DNA of 64,000 nt. Source: an uncultured Clostridia bacterium. GTDB lineage: Bacteria; Bacillota; Clostridia; Christensenellales; CAG-138. The stretch lies in NCBI GenBank assembly GCA_947168855.1, contig CAMVNO010000002.1:79987-143986 (forward strand), written 5' to 3'. Positions 1 through 9,551 of the stretch are shown piece after piece (the stretch's first letter is position 1; every line of letters starts with the position of its first letter). The notes beneath the pieces are model-generated. The model was not told where the DNA came from, made no database searches, and saw only the letters and a list, made by a program, of their open reading frames with translations. The translations under genes were made by a program, and so were the position numbers.

Positions 1-1122
1 AAGGCCGTTACTTAGCGCCGGGTTTACCATGCGCTCCATGCGGCGCTCGGAAATGTTCGATAGCTCTGCAGCCGCCGCGGACATGTAATCCATCACGAGC
101 GCGATCGGCTCGCCGTGGAAGTTGCCGCCGGAGATGACGCTCTCGTCGTCCAGGAACAGGATCGGGTTGTCGGTGACGGAGTTGAGCTCGGTTTCGAGGA
201 CCTTTTTTACGTGCGCAAGCGCGTCGCGCACCGCGCCGTGCACCTGCGGAATGCAGCGCAGCGCGTAGGCGTCCTGCACGCGCAGGTTCCGGTTCCGCTC
301 CATCGAGGGACTGTCCGCCGAGATCGTGCGCATGTTCTTTGCGACAAGCGCCTGTCCCGCGTGCGGACGCACCGCATGGATGCGCGGGTCGAACGCGGAA
401 AGAAGCCCGGTGAGCGCCTGCATCGTCATCGACGCCGTGATGTCGGCAAGCTGCGCGCCGCGGTTCAGATCGTACCACGCGAGCGTGCCGATCGCCGTCA
501 TGCACTGGGTGCCGTTGATGAGCGCAAGCCCTTCCTTGGCGAGCAGATGGAACGTCGGAAGCTTCGCCTTTGCCATCGCCTCCGCGCCGCTCATCCGCTT
601 GCCCTTATACGTCGCTTCGCCGCGGCCCAGAAGCACCAGCGCCATATGCGCAAGCGGTGCAAGGTCGCCGGACGCGCCGAGCGAGCCCTGCTCGGGAACG
701 ACGGGCGTGACGCCCTTGTTCAGCATGCCGATCAGCGTTTCGATGATCTCGCGGCGGATGCCGGAATTGCCCTTTGAAAGCGCGTTTGCGCGGAGCAGCA
801 TCATCGCGCGGACGGTCTCTTCGTTGAGCGGATCGCCCACGGCGACGCAGTGCGAAAGGATCAGATTTTCCTGAAGCTGCGCGCTCTTGTCGCTTGAGAT
901 CGTGATCTTACTGAACTCGCCGAAGCCCGTCGAGATCCCGTAGACCGTGCGACCCTCCGCAACGATCCGATCCACCAGCGCGCGGGACGCGTCGATGCGC
1001 GCAAAGGTCTTCGGAGAGAGCGAAACGCGCGCATGAAAACGCGCGGCTGCAACGACCTGTTCGATGCGAAGCGACTCGCCGTCCAGGGTGACGTGACGAA
1101 TGTTTTCTGTCAGATGATTCAT
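1..1122 (-). CDS. hutH: Histidine ammonia-lyase (3' end runs off the window)
   Basis: Not in the ORF track because it is open at the window edge. Manual minus-strand translation gives MNHLTENIRHVTLDGESL..., YGISTGFGEF and the MIO motif GSLGASGDLAPLAH. AGGAAGGA RBS upstream. Confidence 0.9.
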   Translation of the reverse strand, partial: MNHLTENIRHVTLDGESLRIEQVVAAARFHARVSLSPKTFARIDASRALVDRIVAEGRTVYGISTGFGEFSKITISSDKSAQLQENLILSHCVAVGDPLNEETVRAMMLLRANALSKGNSGIRREIIETLIGMLNKGVTPVVPEQGSLGASGDLAPLAHMALVLLGRGEATYKGKRMSGAEAMAKAKLPTFHLLAKEGLALINGTQCMTAIGTLAWYDLNRGAQLADITASMTMQALTGLLSAFDPRIHAVRPHAGQALVAKNMRTISADSPSMERNRNLRVQDAYALRCIPQVHGAVRDALAHVKKVLETELNSVTDNPILFLDDESVISGGNFHGEPIALVMDYMSAAAAELSNISERRMERMVNPALSNGL

Positions 1123-1336
1123 GCACATTCCTTCCTGAAACAAGATAGTTTCGGTTTCGATAACCGTACTTATTTATAATATCATTTGCGCCGTACGGTG
1201 TCAAACCGGCGGGCGGTGTTTTCAACAATATATAATGCAGGCGCGTGTGACGGACGAGTGTTTATAGAATGTTCATGCTCTCACTGCGGCGGCTGTGCTA
1301 TACTGAAGAATAACAACAGGGGAAGCGAGGAACGGC

Positions 1337-2623
1337 ATGCTTATTCGGTTTTACAATGCGCGCATCCTGCCGATGGAAACGGCGGACGGAACGGTGATCG
1401 AAGGTGAACTCTGGGTAAAGGACGGCCGCATTGCGCTCGTCGGCGATCCGAACGGACGTGAACTGCCCGCGTTCGACCGCGAGATCGACTGTGAAGGGAA
1501 CCTGCTTCTGCCCGGCTTCAAGAACGCGCATACCCACTCCGCCATGACGTTTTTGCGCTCGTTTGCCGACGACAAGCCGCTTTATCACTGGCTGCACGAG
1601 GACTGCTTCCCGATGGAAGCGCATCTGACCGGCGACGATATCTACGATCTCACCAAGCTTGCGGTGCTTGAATACGTGTCCGGCGGCGTCACCGCGGCGT
1701 TCGATATGTATTACCATGTGGAGCGCATCGCCGAATGCGCGCGCGACACGGGCTTCCGCTTCACGATCTGCGGCGCGGCGAACGATTACGGCGGAACGGC
1801 GGAATCGACAAAGCAGGATTTTGAACTGCTGAACCGCTTCGATCCGCTGGTCAACTGCCGGATCGGCTTCCATGCCGAGTATACGACGAGCGAACCGCTT
1901 CTTCGGGATCTTGCGGCTATGGCGCAGGAGATCAAGGAGCCGGTCTTTACGCATCTTTCCGAAACGGCGGCGGAGGTCGACGGCTGCATTGAGCGCACCG
2001 GCATGTCGCCGGTCGCGTACCTCGATTCGCTGGGCATGTTCGAGTACGGCGGCGGCGGGTTCCATATGGTCCATCTGCGTGACGGCGATCTGGAGATCAT
2101 CAAACGGCGCGGGCTGTATGTCTGTACGAATCCGGGCAGCAACGTCAAGCTTTCGAGCGGCGTCGCGCCGATCGAGACGTATTACAAAGAGGGAATCCCG
2201 GTTGCGATCGGCACGGACGGACCGGCGAGCAACAACTGCCTCGACATGTTCCGCGAAATGTTCCTTGCGACGGGACTGCAGAAGCTGACCGTCGGCGCGG
2301 CGGCGGCGGATCCCGTGAAGGTGCTGCACTCGGCGTGCTCCGTCGGCGCAAAGATGATGGGGCTTAACGACTGCGATTGTCTCAAGGAAGGCAAGCAGGC
2401 GGATATCGTGATGCTGGATCTTCATACGCCGAACATGCAGCCGATCAACAACATTGCAAAGAACGTCGTTTACAGCGGCAGCAAGGCAAACGTCGCGCTG
2501 ACGATGGTCGCGGGAAAGATCCTCTTTGAGCGCGGACGGTACACGTTCGACGTCGATCCCGAAGCGGTCTACGCAAAGGCGAATGAAATCATCACGAGAA
2601 TCCGGAAAGCGGAAGGAAGATAA
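1337..2623 (+). CDS. Metal-dependent amidohydrolase (MtaD/AtzA-like deaminase family)
   Basis: NAHTH, FHAEY, HLSETxxE, HMVH and GTDGPASNN motifs. Confidence 0.8.
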   Translation: MLIRFYNARILPMETADGTVIEGELWVKDGRIALVGDPNGRELPAFDREIDCEGNLLLPGFKNAHTHSAMTFLRSFADDKPLYHWLHEDCFPMEAHLTGDDIYDLTKLAVLEYVSGGVTAAFDMYYHVERIAECARDTGFRFTICGAANDYGGTAESTKQDFELLNRFDPLVNCRIGFHAEYTTSEPLLRDLAAMAQEIKEPVFTHLSETAAEVDGCIERTGMSPVAYLDSLGMFEYGGGGFHMVHLRDGDLEIIKRRGLYVCTNPGSNVKLSSGVAPIETYYKEGIPVAIGTDGPASNNCLDMFREMFLATGLQKLTVGAAAADPVKVLHSACSVGAKMMGLNDCDCLKEGKQADIVMLDLHTPNMQPINNIAKNVVYSGSKANVALTMVAGKILFERGRYTFDVDPEAVYAKANEIITRIRKAEGR

Positions 2624-2625
2624 CC

Positions 2626-3351
2626 ATGGCGCACATTGAGGTTATTGCGGAGTATAACGAGCACGGGGCGATGCTTTGGGCGGACGCGTATCCCGGCGCA
2701 TATTCGCGCGGGGAAACGGTTTCCGGCGCGCTGGAGAAATTTCCGAAGGCGCTGTCCGAATACGCCGCGTGGGCGCACGGCGCGCCGCTTCCGAACCTGG
2801 CGGAGTCCGATTTTGTCGTCACGCACGCCTATCAGACGGAGCTTCGGATCGACGACGCGGACAGCGACGTGCTGTTCCCGTCCGAACGGCTTCCGATGGA
2901 CATGACCGAGTACACGCAGAAAAAGCAGCTTTGCATCCGGTCCGCGCAGGACTTCGAAAAGCTTGTCGCCTCGATCCCGCAGAAGGACCGGGCGCTTAAA
3001 AAATCCCGCCGCACGTTCTACGGCAAGATCCCGTGCTCGGCGCGGGAAATGGCGGAGCATACGAACAACACGCTCGAATACTACGCGGACGCGATCGGCG
3101 TTCCGTTTGAGAACGAGGGCGGACTCCTCGAAAACCGCAAGCGCCTGTTCCGCGCAATCGAGTCCGCACCGGACTTCCTTGCGCCGCGGGTCTTCACCGC
3201 GGGGGACGGCGAGCTCTGGACGCTGAAAAAACTGCTTCGCCGCCTGATCTGGCACGACCGCATCCACGCGCACGCGCTCTACCGCCGCGCGATCACGTTC
3301 TGGCAGAAGGAGCGCATCGCAAATCCGTTCTGTTTCTCGGCGGAAAAGTGA
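2626..3351 (+). CDS. Hypothetical protein, HicB-like N-terminus plus DinB-like C-terminus
   Basis: N-terminal YPGAYSRGETVSGAL resembles HicB; C-terminal WTLKKLLRRLIWHDRIH resembles DinB/mycothiol-transferase folds; coupled to the upstream gene. Confidence 0.5.
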   Translation: MAHIEVIAEYNEHGAMLWADAYPGAYSRGETVSGALEKFPKALSEYAAWAHGAPLPNLAESDFVVTHAYQTELRIDDADSDVLFPSERLPMDMTEYTQKKQLCIRSAQDFEKLVASIPQKDRALKKSRRTFYGKIPCSAREMAEHTNNTLEYYADAIGVPFENEGGLLENRKRLFRAIESAPDFLAPRVFTAGDGELWTLKKLLRRLIWHDRIHAHALYRRAITFWQKERIANPFCFSAEK

Positions 3352-3388
3352 GCGGACGCGGGCGTTTTCAAACCGTAAAAATTACCCC

Positions 3389-3418
3389 TTGACATTTCGG
3401 GGGCGCTTCCTCTATAAT
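3389..3418 (+). promoter_or_regulatory. sigmaA promoter of the rpmH operon
   Basis: TTGACA-N18-TATAAT with perfect hexamers. Confidence 0.85.
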
Positions 3419-3478
3419 GGGTAAGGTTAATTTGGCGTTATGCGCCATCACTATATTCGGAAGAAAGAGGTGTAGGAT

Positions 3479-3613
3479 ATGGTACGTACCTATCAGCCCA
3501 AAAAGAGACAGCGCAGCAAGGTTCATGGGTTCCGCAAGCGTATGGCGACTGCGGACGGTCGTAACGTTCTGAAGCGCAGACGCGCAAAGGGCCGCAAGAA
3601 GCTGAGCGCGTAA
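3479..3613 (+). CDS. rpmH: 50S ribosomal protein L34
   Basis: 44 aa [44 protein letters not shown], below the ORF-track size cutoff; GAGGTG RBS. Confidence 0.97.
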   Translation: MVRTYQPKKRQRSKVHGFRKRMATADGRNVLKRRRAKGRKKLSA

Positions 3614-3714
3614 AACGCATCGGCAGGTATTTTATTTGTCTGAATTCTGAGACAGAGCGCTTGCGGCAGGCATTTCGCTTGCCGTATGTTGCTTTATAAG
3701 GGAAATCGTATTCG

Positions 3715-4059
3715 GTGGATCGGTCCTATTCTCTGAAACGGCATAAGGAATTCCGGTATACCTACGCGCGCGGGCGCTCGCAGAGCCTTTCGCTGTTCAC
3801 GCTGGTATACGCGAAGAGCCGGAACGAAACGGTCCGCGTCGGCCTTTCGGTGTCGAAGCGGATCGGCAATGCCGTACAGAGAAATCGGGCAAAGCGCCGC
3901 ATGCGCGCCGCGCTGACGCCGTTCATAAAGCACATAGCGGGCGGCTTCAACGTGATCTTCGTCGCAAGGCAGGAGGTGCTGACCGCGCCGTTTGAGGAGC
4001 TTTCCCGGCAGATGGAAACGCTTCTTCGCCGCGCGGAGCTCTGGAGGGACGAAGCGTGA
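3715..4059 (+). CDS. rnpA: Ribonuclease P protein component
   Basis: [22 protein letters not shown] (RNR motif); follows rpmH. Confidence 0.95.
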   Translation: MDRSYSLKRHKEFRYTYARGRSQSLSLFTLVYAKSRNETVRVGLSVSKRIGNAVQRNRAKRRMRAALTPFIKHIAGGFNVIFVARQEVLTAPFEELSRQMETLLRRAELWRDEA

Positions 4060-4295
4060 AGCGGGTCCTGATCGCGATCCTGCGGTTCTACAAGCGGCAT
4101 ATCTCGCCGCTTCTGCCGAACGCGTGCATCTACACGCCGACCTGCTCGGAATACGCCATGGAAGCGATCGAAAAGCACGGCGTTTTCAAGGGCACGGGTC
4201 TTGCGATCTGGCGGGTCCTGCGCTGCAATCCATTTGCAAAGGGCGGATATGATCCCGTTCCGGAACCGAAAAAACACAAGGAGAGCATTTCATGA
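4056..4295 (+). CDS. yidD: Membrane protein insertion efficiency factor YidD
   Basis: [15 protein letters not shown]...[17 protein letters not shown]. Confidence 0.95.
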   Translation: MKRVLIAILRFYKRHISPLLPNACIYTPTCSEYAMEAIEKHGVFKGTGLAIWRVLRCNPFAKGGYDPVPEPKKHKESIS

Positions 4296-5365
4296 ATTCA
4301 TCCTTTTTCCTCGTCAAATGGCTGTTCATCGCGATGGACTGGGTCTATCGGCAGATGTGCGCGCTGTTTTCGACCGGCGGATGGGTCGTCGTTCTGACGA
4401 TCCTTCTGTTCACGCTTGCGATCAAGCTTCTGACGATCTTTTCCGATATCAAATCGCGCAAATCGTCGATGCAGATGCAGGCGATCCAGCCGGAGATCGA
4501 CAAGCTCAAGAAAAAATACGGCAACGATCAGCAGAAGCTTGCAACGGAGCAGCGCAAGCTCATGAAGGAGCGCAGGGTTTCCTCGCTCGGCGGCTGCCTT
4601 CCGATGCTCATCATGATGCCGCTGCTGTTCATGTTCTTTGCAGCGTTCCGCGCGTGGTCGAACCAGCAGACGCTCGATCTGATCCTCAAGATCGACGCGG
4701 GTCAGGGCGCGGAGACGTTCGCGGCGTCCCGCTTCCTCTGGATCACCAACATCTGGCGTCCGGACAACCTGAAGGCGGGCGGCACGCTGATGACCGGTCA
4801 GGAGTTCTGGAACACGTTCACGGCGACCAACAACATCAAAGACTTTATTTTCTTCTCCAAGAATGAAGCGGACCTGAGCCGCATCCTCTACGAGCTGCAC
4901 TTCTTCACCAAGACGATCGCAGAGGACGGCACGGTGCAGTATGTGTTCGCGCAGGACGGCGGCGCAGCGTTCATGGAGGCGTACAAGACCTTTGTGGAGC
5001 CGATCACCGGCAATGCGGAGCTGATCGGCGGCGCATACGAGAAGATGTCCAACGGCTTTGCGATCCTGCCGATCCTGGCGGGCGCGACGACGTTCCTGTC
5101 CTCCTGGATCATGCAGCGCGCGCAGAAGATCAACACCAAGAAGGACGCCGACAAGGACGATCCGGCGGCGCAGTCGCAGAGCATGAACAAGATGATGATG
5201 TTCCTGATGCCGGCGATGTCGATCTTCTTCTGCTATCAGTATGACTCGACCTTTGCGTTCTACTGGATCTTCTCCAACGTTATTTCGCTGGCGATCACCC
5301 TGATCCTGAACGCGACGGTCTTCAAGAAAATGCAACAGGGAACTGTGGAGGTAATCAAAAAATGA
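4292..5365 (+). CDS. yidC: YidC/Oxa1 membrane protein insertase
   Basis: [37 protein letters not shown]; conserved operon position. Confidence 0.92.
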   Translation: MNSSFFLVKWLFIAMDWVYRQMCALFSTGGWVVVLTILLFTLAIKLLTIFSDIKSRKSSMQMQAIQPEIDKLKKKYGNDQQKLATEQRKLMKERRVSSLGGCLPMLIMMPLLFMFFAAFRAWSNQQTLDLILKIDAGQGAETFAASRFLWITNIWRPDNLKAGGTLMTGQEFWNTFTATNNIKDFIFFSKNEADLSRILYELHFFTKTIAEDGTVQYVFAQDGGAAFMEAYKTFVEPITGNAELIGGAYEKMSNGFAILPILAGATTFLSSWIMQRAQKINTKKDADKDDPAAQSQSMNKMMMFLMPAMSIFFCYQYDSTFAFYWIFSNVISLAITLILNATVFKKMQQGTVEVIKK

Positions 5366-6171
5366 GGAGTATGGAATTCTCCGGCCGCAACATCGACGAG
5401 GCGATTTTTCACGGTCTCAACGAGATGGGGCTGACGATCGACGAGGTCGATACGGAGATCGTACAGAAAGAAAGCAAGGGCCTGTTCGGCATCGGCGCAA
5501 AGAACGCGATCGTGCGTCTCACCGAGCGTGAAGTGCCCGTGGTTCCAAACTTCGAAGCGGAGAAAGCGGCGGCGCACGAGCGCAGAAACGACCGCCCGAA
5601 GCGTGAGAACAACGAACGCCGCGACCGCAAGCCGCGCAGCGACAAGCCGAAGCGCGACAACGGCGAACGCCGTGAGAAGGCGCCCGAAGTCCCGGCGATC
5701 GCGTACAGCGAGGAACTGGCAAAGGAGAACGACGCCGCGATCTTCCTGTCCGAGCTGCTGAAGCAAATGAAGATCGAAGCGACCGTCGAAGCGGCGGAAA
5801 CCGAGGACGGGCTGCGGCTCAACATCCTCTCCGCGACCGACGGACTGCTGATCGGCAGAAGAGGCGAAACGCTCGACGCGCTGCAGTACATCGTTTCGCT
5901 GTACATGAACAAGGACCGCAAGGAGAACGGCTACCGCCGCGTTTCCGTCGACACCGAAGGCTATCGCACGCGCCGCGAGGAGACGCTCCGCCGTCTTGCC
6001 CGCAAGAACGCCGCGCAGGTCGCGCGGACCGGACGCTCCGTTGCGATGGAGCCGATGAATCCCTATGAGCGCCGCGTGCTGCATTCCGCGCTGCAGGGCT
6101 TCAAGGGCGTGACCACGCACAGCGAGGGCGAAGAGCCGAACCGCCGCGTCATCATCACGCCGGACAAGTGA
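5362..6171 (+). CDS. jag: Jag/EloR (KhpB) RNA-binding protein
   Basis: Jag_N domain, KH motif LIGRRGETLDALQY, R3H motif PMNPYERRVLHSAL. Confidence 0.93.
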   Translation: MRSMEFSGRNIDEAIFHGLNEMGLTIDEVDTEIVQKESKGLFGIGAKNAIVRLTEREVPVVPNFEAEKAAAHERRNDRPKRENNERRDRKPRSDKPKRDNGERREKAPEVPAIAYSEELAKENDAAIFLSELLKQMKIEATVEAAETEDGLRLNILSATDGLLIGRRGETLDALQYIVSLYMNKDRKENGYRRVSVDTEGYRTRREETLRRLARKNAAQVARTGRSVAMEPMNPYERRVLHSALQGFKGVTTHSEGEEPNRRVIITPDK

Positions 6172-6217
6172 CACCCGAACCGACAGCCGCCGCAAGGCGG
6201 CTTTGCCTTTTATTGCC

Positions 6218-7525
6218 ATGATCGAATCCTTTGACACCGTATTTGCCCCGTCCTCGGCGATCGGCGGCGCGATCGCAGTCATCCGCGTCTCCGGCGATCG
6301 GACGCGGGCGATCGCGGAAAAGCTGTTGAACAAACCCGTCTCTGACCGACCGAACCTGCTCCGGCATGTGCGCATCCTGCGCGACGGACAGACGATCGAC
6401 GACTGCATGGCGGTCTTTTTCCGCGCGCCGCACAGCTACACCGGCGAGGACATGCTGGAGCTGCATTGCCACGGCGGCATGACGACCGTGCGGTGCGTGC
6501 TTTCCGCGCTTTCGGAGGCGGGCGGCGTGCCTGCCGGTCCGGGCGAGTTTACCCGCCGCGCGTTTCTGAACGGTAAGATGGACCTGAGTGAAGCCGAGGC
6601 GGTCATGGATGTGATCAACGCGCAGGCGGAAACCAGCCTGAAATCCGCGCTGGAGCAGCTTTCCGGCAGCGTCAGCCGGCGCGTACGCGCGGTGGAAGAA
6701 CAGCTTCTGAACGCGCGCTCCTCGATCGAAGCGGCGATCGATTATCCGGACGAGGCGGAGGAGAGCGCTTACGCGTCCCTGCCCGCAGCATTGCGCGAGG
6801 CGGGCGAAACGCTTGCCGCGCTGATCGAAGAGGGCAGAAAGGCGCGCGTCTTACGCGACGGGCTGAAGCTCGTTATCCTCGGACGCCCGAACGTCGGCAA
6901 GAGCTCGCTTCTGAACGCGCTTCTGGGCGAGGACCGCGCGATCGTGACCGCGGCGGCGGGGACGACGCGCGACGTGCTGGACGAACGGCTTTCGATCGGC
7001 GGCGTGCCCGTGCGGCTCATCGACACCGCGGGCGTACGCGAAGCGTCCGACGAGGCGGAGCGCATCGGCGTGGACCGCGCGAAAAGAGCGCTCGAAACGG
7101 CGGACGCCGTGCTGCTCGTGCTGGACGGCAGCGAAGAACTGACGCCGGAGGACGAAGCGCTTTTCAAAGAAACGGAAGGGAAGACCCGCGTTGTGATCGC
7201 GAACAAGTGCGATCTCGGCAGGCGCATTCACGACGCGCTTCCAATAAGCTGCAAAACGGGCGAGGGGCTTACAGAACTGAAACGGCAGATCGAAACGATC
7301 GCAAAGCCTGCCGCGCAGTCAACCGCGGCGATCACCAACGAGCGGCATCTTTCGGCTTTGGAGCATGCGCTCGAGGCGGTACGGCACGCCGAAGGGCAGA
7401 CCGAGCCCGACTGCATCGCGACCGATCTTTCGGAAGCCCTGCACGCGCTCGGCTCAATCACCGGCACGGACGTGGACGCCGAGGTCATCGACCGCATCTT
7501 CGCGCACTTCTGCGTGGGAAAATAA
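6218..7525 (+). CDS. mnmE: tRNA modification GTPase MnmE
   Basis: GRPNVGKSS, GTTRD, DTAG, NKCD and C-terminal FCVGK; start uncertain (6203 TTG or 6218 ATG). Confidence 0.95.
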   Translation: MIESFDTVFAPSSAIGGAIAVIRVSGDRTRAIAEKLLNKPVSDRPNLLRHVRILRDGQTIDDCMAVFFRAPHSYTGEDMLELHCHGGMTTVRCVLSALSEAGGVPAGPGEFTRRAFLNGKMDLSEAEAVMDVINAQAETSLKSALEQLSGSVSRRVRAVEEQLLNARSSIEAAIDYPDEAEESAYASLPAALREAGETLAALIEEGRKARVLRDGLKLVILGRPNVGKSSLLNALLGEDRAIVTAAAGTTRDVLDERLSIGGVPVRLIDTAGVREASDEAERIGVDRAKRALETADAVLLVLDGSEELTPEDEALFKETEGKTRVVIANKCDLGRRIHDALPISCKTGEGLTELKRQIETIAKPAAQSTAAITNERHLSALEHALEAVRHAEGQTEPDCIATDLSEALHALGSITGTDVDAEVIDRIFAHFCVGK

Positions 7526-7576
7526 TACGACAAAGAAAAAACGGCTCCTCGCAGGCATTCTGTAAAGGGGGATTTC

Positions 7577-7612
7577 AAAAGCACAGTCGATCGAAAACCG
7601 ACTGTGCTTTTT
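7577..7612 (+). terminator. Intrinsic terminator after mnmE
   Basis: AAAAGCACAGTCG...CGACTGTGCTTTTT. Confidence 0.75.
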
Positions 7613-7682
7613 GCATTGTCTTTCATGCGGTTCTATGATAAAATGAATGGCACAAATCGGGATTTAGGGAAAAGGAGAACAG

Positions 7683-8459
7683 ATGACAACGCAGGATTTG
7701 TTCCGAATCGCAATGCACCAATCTGCCGAAGATATCGGATGCAGCACGGAAGATTTTCTTTCGGATCGCAATACGGTCGTTCCGTTTCAACTCGGATCAA
7801 AAGCAAAGAAGTATTACCGTCTTCCCATCGGATGCAATTTCATCTCCTATGGCAACAATGTCGTGGCATCTTCCACAGTGGAACTATTCGATCTTGTGAA
7901 AGAGTATGTGGAACGATTTGATTTCTACCATTGCTTTGAGACGCCGAATATGCGTTGGCTGAACCGGCGGCTGGAACCCTTGGGACAAACGGTTTGCTTT
8001 ATGGCGGAGTATTATTTGCCGGATTTGCAAAAGCTCACGAAACTGCCATGTCCATACGAAACGCGGCTGTTGGAGAAAGCTGATTTTGAAGAGCTGTATG
8101 TACCGGAGTGGTCGAATGCCCTTTGTCGCGACAGAAAGCATTTGGACGTTTTGGGCGTCGGCGCGTATGACGGCGCCAAACTGATCGGATTGTCGGGCTG
8201 CTCTGCTGATGCCGAAGAGATGTGGCAGATCGGCGTAGATGTTTTACCGGAATTTCGAAAAAAGGGTATCGCATCCGCAATCACCTCGCGGCTGGCAATG
8301 GAAATTGTCGAGCGGGACAAGGTTCCATTTTATTGCTCTGCATGGTCAAATATCCGATCCGTCAGAAACGCTATCAAGAGCGGCTTTTTGCCGGCATGGG
8401 TAGAAATGACCGTAAAACCGTCCGCAAAGGCGGACGAAATGAATGCGGATCACGAATAA
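7683..8459 (+). CDS. GNAT family N-acetyltransferase
   Basis: WQIGVDVLPEFRKKGIASA, YCSAWSNIRS; visibly more AT-rich codon usage than neighbours. Confidence 0.8.
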   Translation: MTTQDLFRIAMHQSAEDIGCSTEDFLSDRNTVVPFQLGSKAKKYYRLPIGCNFISYGNNVVASSTVELFDLVKEYVERFDFYHCFETPNMRWLNRRLEPLGQTVCFMAEYYLPDLQKLTKLPCPYETRLLEKADFEELYVPEWSNALCRDRKHLDVLGVGAYDGAKLIGLSGCSADAEEMWQIGVDVLPEFRKKGIASAITSRLAMEIVERDKVPFYCSAWSNIRSVRNAIKSGFLPAWVEMTVKPSAKADEMNADHE

Positions 8460-8489
8460 CGATTTCGGTTTGCAGGAAACAAACAGATA

Positions 8490-8528
8490 AAGACCTTCCG
8501 AGAAACGGTTCCTTCTCGGGAGGTTTTT
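8490..8528 (+). terminator. Putative terminator after the GNAT gene
   Basis: AAGACCTTCCGAGAA...TTCTCGGGAGGTTTTT hairpin. Confidence 0.55.
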
Positions 8529-8594
8529 GTTTGTAAGCGCACGTTCCGCCGACGCATGGCGGTGAGTAAGTGCGCTCTTCCGACGCAATCGATC

Positions 8595-8722
8595 TTGCCT
8601 CCCCTGTGTAAGGGGAGGTGGCAGCCGAAGGCTGACGGAAGGGTTGTTGTGTTCAATCCCCAGTTTAACAACCCCTCAGTCTCGGCAAAGCCTCGACAGC
8701 TCCCCTTGCACAGGGGAGCCAA
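8595..8722. repeat. REP-like inverted doublet (CCCCT...AGGGGAG family)
   Basis: Unit GCCTCCCCTGTGTAAGGGGAGGTGGC...GACGGAAGGGTTGTT and an inverted sister unit at 8667-8720. Confidence 0.8.
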
Positions 8723-8829
8723 GCGATAGAAAAAAGACGGAGGATTGATGCGTTTCCTCCGTCAACTCATTATTGTTTGAAAACCACCCTTTAGAGAATA
8801 GCTCTTCGGAGCCGTTTTTTGTGTGTTTG

Positions 8830-9534
8830 TCAGGTCGTCGGGATCATCCACATGAACGGGTTCATGCGGTAGAAAAAGCCGGCAAGCGGCGGTTCGATGA
8901 GCATTTGTCCGAGCCGCGGCACGATCGTGAGGACGATCGGCGCAAGCAGGAAGAAGATATAGAGCAGCATCACGCCGTGCAGGAATCCGATCCCGCAGGA
9001 GAACAGCGGATCAAACCGCTTCAGCGTGGGCAAGCCGCGCCTGCCGTAGTCGATCATGCGCAGGATAAACCCGAAGAGCACGCGCAGCACGACGAACAGG
9101 AACAGCAGCGACAGGATATTCAGCACGACGTCGACGATCGTCTGATTGAAATAATCGCCGAGCGTGGTGATGCCGCTCGAAGCGTACGCTTCCCGGCGGA
9201 TGTTCTTGCGGACTGCGCTGCCGAGCGGCAGAGGCAGTTCGGCGTTCTCGACGACCTCCGAAAGCGTATCGCCGTCGATCGAGGAGACGGGGTCGTGGAT
9301 CAGCTCCACGCTCGTCTTGCTGACGAATTCATACCCCTCGAAATAGTAGAGCAGGCTGCTGTACAGCTTCTCGCTTTCCCGCACGGGCGAGGCGATCACG
9401 GGGATCAGCAGCAGCGCAAGGAAAAAGGAAAGGAGCGTCAACCCGATGCTCACGGCGGAATAGATGACCCCGCGATAATACCCTGCCAGGATGCACAGTC
9501 CCAGAACGACCAGGATCAGAATGGCAATGATCAT
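8830..9534 (-). CDS. CvpA (colicin V production) family membrane protein
   Basis: Start MIIAILILVVLGLCILAGYYRG after AAAGGAG; hydrophobic segments; FDPLFSCGIGFLHG. Confidence 0.7.
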   Translation of the reverse strand: MIIAILILVVLGLCILAGYYRGVIYSAVSIGLTLLSFFLALLLIPVIASPVRESEKLYSSLLYYFEGYEFVSKTSVELIHDPVSSIDGDTLSEVVENAELPLPLGSAVRKNIRREAYASSGITTLGDYFNQTIVDVVLNILSLLFLFVVLRVLFGFILRMIDYGRRGLPTLKRFDPLFSCGIGFLHGVMLLYIFFLLAPIVLTIVPRLGQMLIEPPLAGFFYRMNPFMWMIPTT

Positions 9535-9551
9535 TTCGGCTCCTTTCTGCG

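Noticed and set aside
3352-3478. oriC next to rpmH
   Set aside because: No dnaA, no DnaA-box cluster or AT-rich unwinding element seen, and the gap is only 127 bp
6185-6211. Hairpin AGCCGCC-GCAA-GGCGGCT between jag and mnmE as an ncRNA
   Set aside because: Single short hairpin with an interrupted T-tract; best read as a weak internal terminator or stability element
7683-8459. AT-richer GNAT gene as part of a mobile element
   Set aside because: No integrase, transposase, att site or target duplication visible; composition alone is insufficient
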